From Eledone cirrhosa (taxonomy: Eukaryota): a stretch of DNA of 64,000 bases. Every line of letters starts with the position of its first letter. Position 1 is the first letter of the stretch. Shown piece by piece: positions 53,332-64,000 of this stretch. The stretch is taken from the NCBI GenBank assembly GCA_964016885.1, contig OZ024743.1, positions 374,542,001 to 374,606,000 of the forward strand, read 5' to 3'. The position numbers and the translations under genes are program-made. The notes beneath the pieces were generated by a model. It saw nothing but the letters and a program-made list of their open reading frames with translations. It ran no database searches and was not told the origin of the DNA.

Positions 53332-55270
53332 ATGAATATAGACATAGAATATTCGAAAATATTCTGTATGTTTATAATAAACATTTTGAAGACCTAATCG
53401 CTATAGAATAGAATACGTCACGTATTACAATTAGATTCTCGATAAAAGCAGTTCCTGTACACAGCTAAGTATTCTATAAGTCTCTAGCTGTGTCATTCTC
53501 GATAAAAGCACTGGATATGTAGTCCTGAAGATTTCTAACAAGAATGAAACGCGTAGATTACTTCCCTTGCTTTTATCGAGAATCTAATTGTAATACGTGA
53601 CGTATTCTATTCTATAGCGATTAGGTCTTCAAAATGTTTATTATAAACATACAGAATATTTTCGAATATTCTATGTCTATATTCACATATATATCGCTAT
53701 TTCAGAGCATTTATTCCAATTTCTAATTTCTGCCGGACCGGCAACCGCTCTTTCAAACCAGTTCCTGTACACAGCTAAGTATTCTATAAGTCTCTAGCTG
53801 TGTCATTCTCGATAAAAGCACTGGATATGTAGTCCTGAAGATTTCTAACAAGAATGAAACGCGTAGATTACTTCCCTTGCTTTTATCGAGAATCTAATTG
53901 TAATACGTGACGTATTCTATTCTATAGCGATTAGGTCTTCAAAATGTTTATTATAAACATACAGAATATTTTCGAATATTCTATGTCTATATTCACATAT
54001 ATATCGCTATTTCAGAGCATTTATTCCAATTTCTAATTTCTGCCGGACCGGCAACCGCTCTTTCAAACCAGTTCCTGTACACAGCTAAGTATTCTATAAG
54101 TCTCTAGCTGTGTCATTCTCGATAAAAGCACTGGATATGTAGTCCTGAAGATTTCTAACAAGAATGAAACGCGTAGATTACTTCCCTTGCTTTTATCGAG
54201 AATCTAATTGTAATACGTGACGTATTCTATTCTATAGCGATTAGGTCTTCAAAATGTTTATTATAAACATACAGAATATTTTCGAATATTCTATGTCTAT
54301 ATTCACATATATATCGCTATTTCAGAGCATTTATTCCAATTTCTAATTTCTGCCGGACCGGCAACCGCTCTTTCAAACCAGTTCCTGTACACAGCTAAGT
54401 ATTCTATAAGTCTCTAGCTGTGTCATTCTCGATAAAAGCACTGGATATGTAGTCCTGAAGATTTCTAACAAGAATGAAACGCGTAGATTACTTCCCTTGC
54501 TTTTATCGAGAATCTAATTGTAATACGTGACGTATTCTATTCTATAGCGATTAGGTCTTCAAAATGTTTATTATAAACATACAGAATATTTTCGAATATT
54601 CTATGTCTATATTCACATATATATCGCTATTTCAGAGCATTTATTCCAATTTCTAATTTCTGCCGGACCGGCAACCGCTCTTTCAAACCAGTTCCTGTAC
54701 ACAGCTAAGTATTCTATAAGTCTCTAGCTGTGTCATTCTCGATAAAAGCACTGGATATGTAGTCCTGAAGATTTCTAACAAGAATGAAACGCGTAGATTA
54801 CTTCCCTTGCTTTTATCGAGAATCTAATTGTAATACGTGACGTATTCTATTCTATAGCGATTAGGTCTTCAAAATGTTTATTATAAACATACAGAATATT
54901 GTCGAATATTCTATGTCTATATTCACACATATATCGCTATTTCAGAGCATTTATTCCAATTTCTAATTTCTGCCGGACCGGCAACCGCTCTTTCAAACCA
55001 GTTCCTGTACACAGCTAAGTATTCTATAAGTCTCTAGCTGTGTCATTCTCGATAAAAGCACTGGATATGTAGTCCTGAAGATTTCTAACAAGAATGAAAC
55101 GCGTAGATTACTTCCCTTGCTTTTATCGAGAATCTAATTGTAATACGTGACGTATTCTATTCTATAGCGATTAGGTCTTCAAAATGTTTATTATAAACAT
55201 ACAGAATATTTTCGAATATTCTATGTCTATATTCACATATATATCGCTATTTCAGAGCATTTATTCCAAT
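53332..55270 (+). mobile_element. Retrozyme/Penelope-pLTR-like tandem array: inverted 5' piece + six 310-bp units, each with a hammerhead
   Basis: Units start at 53451, 53761, 54071, 54381, 54691 and 55001 (last is 270 bp) and are essentially identical. 53332-53450 is the reverse complement of part of the unit. Flanked by (TA)n. Confidence 0.92.
53519..53561 (+). ncRNA. Minimal type I hammerhead of the array (repeats at 53829, 54139, 54449, 54759, 55069)
   Basis: GTAGTC-CTGAAGA-TTTCT-AACA-AGAAT-GAAA-CGCG-TA-GATTAC. Palindromic CGCG stem III, GUA site, predicted cleavage after 53555. Confidence 0.88.
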
Positions 55271-55286
55271 ATATATATATATATAT

Positions 55287-55483
55287 AACGAAGGAAATGT
55301 GGTAAGGAACCAGGTGGACCGTAACGCACCAAAGTACTCAATACTTGGGGTAGTAGAGTGGGTAATAGGAACCAGTAAGACCCCGACGGCTGAGCTCAAG
55401 CCGTTTCGACGGCTAATTCTGGACTAGTCCAGAATTAGCCGTCGAAACGGCTTGAGCTCAGCCGTCGGGGTCTTACTGGTTCC

Positions 55484-55484
<1 letters not shown>
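55287..55484. repeat. Family F copy with a perfect palindrome centred on GGACTAGTCC
   Basis: ~55366-55425 pairs with 55426-55485 with no loop. Confidence 0.92.
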
Positions 55485-55519
<35 letters not shown>

Positions 55520-55713
55520 TATGGGGTAACAAGTTATCATTATAGATAATCCAGTTAGAGGTTGTGAGTACTCTGCGTCGTGGATAGTTTTAACGTACGG
55601 CTTTGTTTGACTCAACAAGACCTCTAGACTCACCTGATCAATGAAACATTTGTCAATACCTGAAATAAAGCCCCTTGTTGTACAGCCAACCATGTTACTC
55701 TTCATTCTTTCAC

Positions 55714-55798
<85 letters not shown>

Positions 55799-55888
55799 GT
55801 ATATATATATGTATATATATATATATATAATATATATACATATGTAAATATATACAATATATATACATATATACAATATATATATATA

Positions 55889-56644
55889 TCTAAACTATAA
55901 TAAAGGAAGGTCTGCGGGACTGCGTACGGTTTTTTTTTTATCCCGTTAGTAAATAAGTTGGATTACTTTGAATAAATAATGAATGAATATTATATAATTT
56001 ATCTACTAAATTTCATAAACAAAAATAATTTCGTAAAAATAAATAATTTAAAATTGACTTCTTTTCAAAGTTGAACTTCCGGTATATCGTTGCCACCACC
56101 ACCACCACTTCAACTACCAGAGTGTCTGATGTCAACACTTCCGGTGGCGATCACTTAAATAAACATACTAATTTTCTGTCACTAATTTTCTCCTAATGCA
56201 GTTTATATATATTATCGTCTTTTTTTAATGTATCATGGATTACGTGACTGATTACATAAGACAGTGTAACACAGTCTTCGTTAAATTTCTGTGGATATTG
56301 TCAATTACGGTTTTATTTGATGTATCATATCTACATGTATATATACTGGCGTATAATATCAATATACACACTACACATGTATTATATTTACATGTATATA
56401 TACTAGCGTATAATATCAATATACACACTACACATGTATCATATCTACATCTATATATACGTGCGTATAATATCAATATACACACTACACATGTATTATA
56501 TCTACATGTATATATACTGGCGTATAATATCAATATACACACTACACATGTATCATATCTACATCTATATATACGTGCGTATAATATCAATATACACACT
56601 ACACATGCCAGCAGAAAACCACCCGAGGGTGGTTTTTCTGCTAG
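55889..56644 (+). mobile_element. Non-autonomous Helitron with an internal 57-bp minisatellite
   Basis: A|TC 5' end (TCTAAACTATAAT), subterminal hairpin AAAACCACCC-GA-GGGTGGTTTT, CTAG|T 3' end, no TSD. About five 57-bp repeats at ~56322-56607. Confidence 0.75.
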
Positions 56645-56961
56645 TATATACAATATATATACATATATCAAATAACTGAGTTATTATTTCCCCCAACATA
56701 GTAAACTAAACGAAAAAAAAACAAAAAAAAACGAAACGGATACTTTTTCTTTCTTTCTTTTTTCCTTTCTCTTTTCTTTCTTTCTTATTATTTATCTTGC
56801 TTCAGTTCCTAATCCTTCCGACGCTAACCATCGCTAGACTTTATCAGTTAGCGTGACTATCTTTATTAAAATTGTTTCATAGCCATGGATTTTTAATAGG
56901 TACACACGAAAAACACGCTTGTGCACACACACACACACACATACTCCAGAATATACACACA

Positions 56962-57056
<95 letters not shown>

Positions 57057-57090
57057 CATGCACATAAACACACACAGATATATACATACA

Positions 57091-57306
57091 TGCAAAGGCT
57101 GGTTTAAATGTTCGTAGGCTGAAATTTCACAGGCTGACAAAGATTCTCTCATGGAATGACCAAATGAGGTTTATTTTTCAACATACTCTCTGGAAAGAAA
57201 CAATGCAGCTATTAATAAGAAAAATGAAATTTATGCATGCAAGATTTCACAGTTCTAGCATCACTCCTTCATATGCAGCCTATGAACTTTTCAGCCCAAT
57301 CTCGTA
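57091..57306. mobile_element. Decayed mariner-type MITE
   Basis: Right TIR CAGCCTATGAACTTTTCAGCCCAATCTCG|TA is complementary to the TIR seen at 48698. Confidence 0.6.
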
Positions 57307-57534
57307 CATACATTTCTAGCATGCATCCGAATTTACTCGAAAAAATATGTTAATCGTTTGAATGCTGAACATTGTGGATGTTAGGTATCCACCCATCCAT
57401 GGGGCTTGAATTCCTGATGCAGTCGTAGGTTCGTCATCACAACATACGTTGTGTCTGTGGAATTTTAATAAGACGGAGCCTACTCCTCTCCAGGTATGGA
57501 GGCATCCGATTTTTTTCCAGAGAAAAGGAAAATA

Positions 57535-57735
57535 ATTGCCAGCAATTATCCCAGTGTATTACTGGTGCCTTATTTTATCGACCCCGTAAGGATGAAAGGC
57601 AAAGTTGGGATTTGAACTCAGATCATAAAGGGCCGTAACTCTTTGCTGCAAAGTATGGCGTCAGACCCTCTACCGATACTGCCAATCCACCGCCCTTGGA
57701 AAATAATTGTTTCTACTTTAGGCACAAGGCCTTGG
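57535..57735 (-). mobile_element. SINE family A copy
   Basis: Reverse complement of the head (CTACCGATACTGCCAATCCACCGCCC) and core (TTTATCGACCCCGTAAGGATGAAAGGC). Confidence 0.85.
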
Positions 57736-59379
57736 AAAATAATGGGAGAGAAATTGAGAAAGAGAGACCGAAGAAGAACTGACCCCTGTACTGAAATGAT
57801 ATTTGATTTATCGATCCCGAAAAGAATAAATGATCACAGTGGGATTTGAACTCAGCCGGAACAATATCGCAAATCCTACCACCGACTTGCCTGTATAATT
57901 CGTACTTTAAAGAAACGGCTTTACATTCCTTTTCATTCTGTTCTTTCTCTGTTATAATTTCTTTTACACCTAAGGTGCTGAATGGTTAAGAAGTTTACAA
58001 TCATAAGTACCCGGGTTCAATCTCAATACTTGGCATCTTGAGCGTGAGCCTTTGATAAATCCAAACTTGTGTATGAAATTTATTGGGTAGACAGAAACTG
58101 TTTGGAAGCCCGTCAGATTGACTGTACCTGTAATTCAACAGGTCAGCCTTGCTACACATTGTCTCACACTGAATATTGTTTAGACTTACGTTAAAGGTTA
58201 CACGTGCCTATGGAGAGCTCAGATATTTGCTTGTTAATTTCATGAGGACATTGCTTCGTTGACTTAACAACTAGAACACACATCATAGAAACCGACGGAG
58301 GTTCATTTATCTTACTTTATAGAAATATTCAGTTAGCTCCAGTATTTCACTGGTGGTTTATTTTATCGATCTGTGAGGAATAAAAGAAAGGTTAACCTCC
58401 ATGAAACCAGAGCATGAAATATCGTAATATTACCACAGACACTTTGCCTAACACTAACCATTTTGTATTACAATATCTATAGAATGTCACTGGATGTACA
58501 ATATACAATGTCAAACAGATATACAATGCCAACTGAATTTAAAAGAAAGTCACATCTATTCAATATTAAATGGTTATACAATATTAACTGACAATACAAT
58601 ATTAAATATGAGAGTCTACATAATACGATAATACATAAAGAACGGGATAAAAAAGAAATGACGATTCAATTAACTTTATATTGTTGTTTAAAATACTGTA
58701 ATATCCCACTATACATATTAAGAGTACTTAGTATAGAAGAAGAGATCAGAAAAAATATTCAGGACCCAAAACTCACACCCTGGGGTGAAAGTAAAAATTA
58801 AAGCAAGAAAAGAATATTCTATCTGTTATTATTGTTAAATTTATTCATATCTTTATCTCTACAATAGTGGGGGATTGGCAGAATCGATAGAACCTTCGGA
58901 TATTCAGTTACGCATCATTACGTTCTGAGTTCAAATCACGCCGTCGTTAATATGATATTGATTTTTACCTTATTGCCAATTAATCCCTGCTAAGACAAAC
59001 ACCCACAAATGAACTTCGCCAGCAGAGGTTTTATATGGAAAGAGTATATAAGGTATAGCTTATTCATCTCTTAGTACAGAGTAAGTAAACCTCACGGATG
59101 ATAGATCCATAGATCCTAAAGCATTCTTATACAGCTCAACTATTGGGATAGCTGTAACATGATCACAGCTACAAATGTTCATAACATGACATACATATCT
59201 TTGCTATACATACATCGTTTGTGCTTTCGTATCCACCTCATAATGTTTAGCTTATCGATCCATTGAGTGCTTCGTGATTGCCTCAAACAACTTGATTAGT
59301 ACCTGCTCCTGCTATATAACAGCTACAAGCTCGATTCATACCCATTATGACATATATATAGATAAATATATATATATAT

Positions 59380-59731
59380 ATAATATGAGATCAAAAGATG
59401 GTTAAAGGAGTTCCATGTATTTTATTATGCGCATTTCAAAAACAAACATCATCATGCAATAATATTTGTGTTTTCATCAGATAAAACAGGAGAACATGAT
59501 ATGAAGGCTAAAAAACACTTGTGGATAGTGCAGTTTTAAATCAATATCTGATGAAAACACAAATATTATTACATGATGATGTTTGTTTTTGAAATGCGCA
59601 TAATAAAATACATGGAACTCCTTTAACCATCTTTTGATCTTATATTATGTATACTCCAGTCCTACAAACTGTAGAGTGCTTCTTATCCGATATCTGCATT
59701 GCTTTATTGTACTACAATAAAACTCACCTCC

Positions 59732-59733
<2 letters not shown>
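59380..59733. mobile_element. Fold-back hammerhead cassette: 104-bp arms, 61-nt spacer, ~85-nt tail
   Basis: 59380-59483 pairs with 59545-59648. CTGATGA-[long stem II]-GAAA-TGCGCA-TA occurs on both strands; stem I TTTTAT/ATAAAA is intact on the minus copy (59419-59487). Confidence 0.85.
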
Positions 59734-59777
<44 letters not shown>

Positions 59778-60133
59778 ATTGGTGAGTAATAATATATTAT
59801 TATGGATGGCAAATGTTTGAGTACACCATGCTTTTACGTGAATTGGATAGTCATTGTTAAAAGTGTGTATTAACACCGACATCTGTTTGTTATTTGTATA
59901 TTATATTAATAAAAGGAGATCGAAGTTTCAGTTTAGTATATGTTATTGGTAATCACGTGTAACACGTGTTTCGGAAGCTCCAAACCTTAATGAATTACAA
60001 TCAGCTTCAACTCTGTAATTAATTTGTTCATATGCACACACAGGAACATATATACATATACATGCATACATACATATACACATACATGTGTGTCTGTGTA
60101 TGTGGTAGTGAATATATTGTGTAAAGAGCGATA

Positions 60134-60169
<36 letters not shown>

Positions 60170-60172
<3 letters not shown>

Positions 60173-60343
60173 AACCAGTAAGACCCCGACAGCTGAGCTC
60201 AAGCCGTTTCGACGGCTAATTCATGAAACGGCTTGAGCTCAGCTGTCGGGGTCTTACTGGTTCCTATTACCCACTCTACTACCTCAAGTATTGAGTACTT
60301 TGGTGCGTTATGGTCCACCTGGTTCCTTACCACATTTCCTTCG

Positions 60344-60345
<2 letters not shown>
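60170..60345. repeat. Family F fold-back copy (long arm on the minus strand)
   Basis: Short arm AGGAACCAG...GTTTC, spacer GACGGCTAATTCAT, long arm GAAACGG...CTTCGTT. Confidence 0.9.
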
Positions 60346-60387
<42 letters not shown>

Positions 60388-60409
60388 ATGACCTTTACTG
60401 GACAAGAAC

Positions 60410-60463
<54 letters not shown>

Positions 60464-61046
60464 GGAACACGTATTCATGTTAATGTAGGAGAAAATATTT
60501 GAATAAAATGTGTTCTTTAGAAAATTCTTCATACCATTTTTTCTCTTTCAAACTGCAAATGGTAAGACACATATATTTATACTTTGTAGTTTTGCCAAAC
60601 ATGAGTACTAAAAAAACTGATAAAACATCTCCAGATATTGTTCTCTTTGCCAATCTCTATTTCTACCGTTATATATTTCTACTGAGTCTTTCATGTTTGC
60701 TTTCATAAAATAACACTTTGGATATAATTTTTCCTATGTACGCATATTTTTAGTTTTCAGTTTGCAGTGACTTGTACGTTGTGTGTTTTTCCTATGTGCG
60801 ACTCGTACGTTGTGCTGTTTGGTTTCAAGTTGAAATGAAATTATATGGTGCTTATAACTTTATTGAGGGCTTATGCGACATATGCAGGATCTCCATATAT
60901 ATCAGATGTATTGCACATAAAATAATATTTGAATATATGTATGTATATGTATGTATGAGAGTATGTGTGTATGTATGTACGTATGTATGTACGTACGTAT
61001 ATATGTATGTACGTATGTATGTATGATTGTATGTATGTATAATAAT

Positions 61047-61369
61047 TGGGCTGGATACACGATCGCGCGGTTAAACCACTGGGAGTGAAGGACCCCTAGA
61101 CTTTCTCAGGGCATTCTTCTAGGAGAAGGCAACTCAGGAAACTGGGATAACTCCGACATAAAACCTGCGGCTCAGTAGTTACCGATGATGTTGATCTTTT
61201 CTTCTTTTCGGGTTATAGCTACTGTCTCTCAGAGACTGGGATTGGCTCAGTGCACAATCTTTCCTCACTTTAAAAAATCTTCATGCATAGGCACGATAGC
61301 ATTAATTAATAATTATTAATAATGTTATATCGTGCAATGGCCATACTCGATAACGAGGGGGCAGCCATC
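61047..61369 (+). mobile_element. Diverged relative of family R
   Basis: Shares TTCTAGGAGAAGG, AAACCTGC, GATGTTGA and GGCC(A/G)TACTCGA..ACGAG..GGCAGCCA, plus an (ATGT)n tail. Confidence 0.6.
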
Positions 61370-61495
61370 ATGTATGTATGCATGATTGTATGTATGTATG
61401 TATGTATATATGTATGTATGTATGCATATATATGGAGCCGATGATTACACCTCGAAGTCTGAACACAGCCAAATTCTTTCAGAGAGAGAGAGGTA

Positions 61496-62808
61496 GAGAT
61501 GACCCCTTAGCCTTTGTCAAGGCAGAATTCTAGGAGAAGGAAAACTCTGATATAACGCCTGCAACCCTGATGGTATCCAATGATGTTGACGTGTTCTTCT
61601 TTTTGGTAAATATCATCTTGGTTAAGAGAGTGGGACTGGCTTTGTGCAGTGCCTTTGCTCACTATAAAAGCTTCATGGCACAGGCATTGCTTTATATCTG
61701 GAGATCTCTCTGCACTTGTCCTCACATGGTACCATGGGCCCAGCACTATGTGTCAATAATTGTCACAACTGTAGTGTCTGTACCAGAGTTTTCAAGTCGC
61801 TGGCTGGACTAAAAAGTCACACTCGTTCAGCGCATCGGTAGGAGTTCTCCTACATGGATGTAAAGTAGTGGCCGTACTCGAAAACGAGTTGGCAGCCACC
61901 ATATATGTATGTATGTGTGTATGTATGTATGTATGTATGTATGTATGTATGTATGTATGTATGTATGTATGTATGATTGCATGTATGTATGTATGTGTGT
62001 ATGTACGCATGTATGTATGATTGCATGTATGTATGTGTATGTGTGTGCATGTATGTATGTACGTATGAATGTATGATTGCATGTATGTATGTATGTGTGT
62101 GTGTATGCATGTATGTATGTACGCATGTATGCATGATCGCATGTATGTATGTGTGTGTGTGTGCATGTATGTATGTACGTATGTATGTATGATTGCATGT
62201 ATGTATGTATGTATGTGTGTGTGTGTGCCTGTATGTATGTACGTATGTATGTATGATTGTATGTATGTATGTGTGTGTGTATGCCTGTATGTATGTACGT
62301 ATGTATGTATGATTGTATGTATGTATGTGTGTGTGTATGCCTGTATGTATGTACGTATGTATGTATGATCGCATGTATGTATGTATGTGTGTGTGTGTGC
62401 ATGTATGTATGTATGTACGTATGTATGTATGATCGCATGTATGTATGTATGTGTGTGTGCATGTATGTATGTACGTATGTATGTATGATTGCATGTATGT
62501 ATGTGCGTGTGTGTGCCTGTATGTATGTACGTATGTATGTATGCATGTATGTATGTATGTGTGTGTGTATGCATGTATGTATGTACATATGTATGTATGT
62601 ATGTATGCATGTATGTATGTATGTGTGTGTGTATGCATGTATGTATGTACGTATGTATGTATGCATGTATGTATGTATGTGTGTGTTTATGCATGTATGT
62701 ATGTACGTATGTATGTATGCATGTATGTATGTATGTGTGTGTTTATGCATGTATGTATGTACGTATGTATGTATGCATGTATGTATGTATGTGTGTGTGT
62801 ATGCATGT
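61496..62808 (+). mobile_element. 5'-truncated family R copy (61496-61900) with an expanded ~900-bp (ATGT)n-derived tail
   Basis: Matches 3328-3733 and is bracketed by a ~65-bp direct duplication. Confidence 0.8.
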
Positions 62809-62858
62809 ATATATGGAGCCGATGATTACACCTCGAAGTCTGAACACAGCCAAATTCT

Positions 62859-62904
<46 letters not shown>

Positions 62905-62905
<1 letters not shown>

Positions 62906-63184
62906 GACCGCAGTACTGAACTGATACCTTTTTATTGACCTGGAAAGGATGAAAGGCAATGTTGACTTCGTTAGTATTTGACCTGAGCAAGAGCAGTGAG
63001 CCGGAACACACGGCAAAGTATTTCATCCGACCTTCTAATGACTTTGGAAATTTGCCGCCTAAGGTGAACTTGGAAAGTTCCTCTCCAACTCCAAAGTGCA
63101 TGTCTGAGTAAGTTTTATCATCATCATCATCTTCATCACCATCATCTTCATCACCATCATCATCAGCATCATCATCAGCATCAT

Positions 63185-63215
<31 letters not shown>

Positions 63216-63990
63216 CTCATCATCATCATCATCATCATCATTATTATTGTATCAGTGGAGTGTCGGACAACATGATTTTCAGCATATAGTTACGCTTCTT
63301 TACGCTCTGTGTTTAAATCCCGCCGAGGTTAGCTTTGCCTTTCATCCTTACGGGGTCGATAAAATAAAGTACCAGTAATTCACTGGTCCAAGGTGTCGGT
63401 ACACGCAGTAAGACAGAATCAGAAACAGCATGGTTCAGAAGCGAACTCTTCAGCCATGCAGTAATACCTGTGCTTAATTAGTTATGCCTATTGTTTATTG
63501 TTTAAAGGCATCTGTCTTAAAATGTCGTACCTATTCACTGCAGCTGTCTTATAGTGCGTTCATGCTTTTCCAAGTAACACTAAGTAACTTCCGTTGTAAT
63601 AAACTAAAACTCCTCAGGCAAGATAAGTAGATGTAGAGATTGTTACAGGTGCAACTTTCTTCATAATAATCGATGAATAATGTGAAGGGAAGCATGGAAT
63701 AAAGTTAAGTTATGAGAGACTGCCATCTGTATTGATATTATTCTTCAGACGAATCTAATGCCCTTGAGAAGTACATTCCTCGTTTCTTATAAAATCGAAA
63801 CTCTGTGGTTATTATTAAGTGTTAGAAAGGGAGGTGGATTTGCAGTGTCGTGAGAGCGTCGGTCAAATGCTAAGCAGTATTTATTCTAGCTCTTTACCTT
63901 CTCAATTCAAACCCCGAAAACTGAAAAGGACTTTCATCCATCTGGTCGATAAATAAAGTACCAGTCAAAGTTTTACGATGTAATCGATTC
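62905..63990. mobile_element. Cluster of decayed SINE family A copies (62905-63060 -, 63255-63385 +, 63830-63990 +) around a (CAT)n tract
   Basis: Recurrent CTTTCATCC...GTCGATAAA..AAGTACCAG core. Confidence 0.7.
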
Positions 63991-64000
63991 CCCTTTTCCT

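Noticed and set aside
53451-55270. Tandem array considered as a CRISPR array or ordinary satellite
   Set aside because: Units are identical end to end with no unique spacers, and the context is eukaryotic. The ribozyme and inverted 5' piece argue against plain satellite.
50000-64000. Search for the next receptor exon (loop B, F/YGY...), and for the preceding short exon upstream of 45517
   Set aside because: No candidate with both splice signals and the expected motif was found by eye. They probably lie outside the window, or I missed them.

Overview
Animal genomic DNA, very rich in microsatellites. The SINE families and repeat style suggest a cephalopod such as Octopus, but this is inference. 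The only host gene I can see is two + strand exons (45517-45740, 224 nt; 49852-49934, 83 nt) of a glycine-receptor/GluCl/GABA-A-type Cys-loop channel. The rest is probably intron, packed with decayed mobile DNA: two Penelope-like elements (RT + GIY-YIG), three Tx1/L1-clade LINE copies, R4/Dong and RTE fragments, mariner relics, two likely non-autonomous Helitrons and many tRNA-derived SINEs. The most striking layer is RNA structure. I count about 20 type I hammerhead ribozyme motifs with intact CUGANGA/GAAA cores, from roughly ten unrelated sequence families. Most sit in short fold-back cassettes inserted in (TA)n. One family forms a near-perfect 6 x 310-bp ribozyme array (53451-55270, retrozyme-like). 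Its 3' multi-hairpin domain recurs with compensatory base changes in two diverged relatives (~19.9 kb and ~39.0 kb). Most ORFs in the supplied track are microsatellite artefacts.
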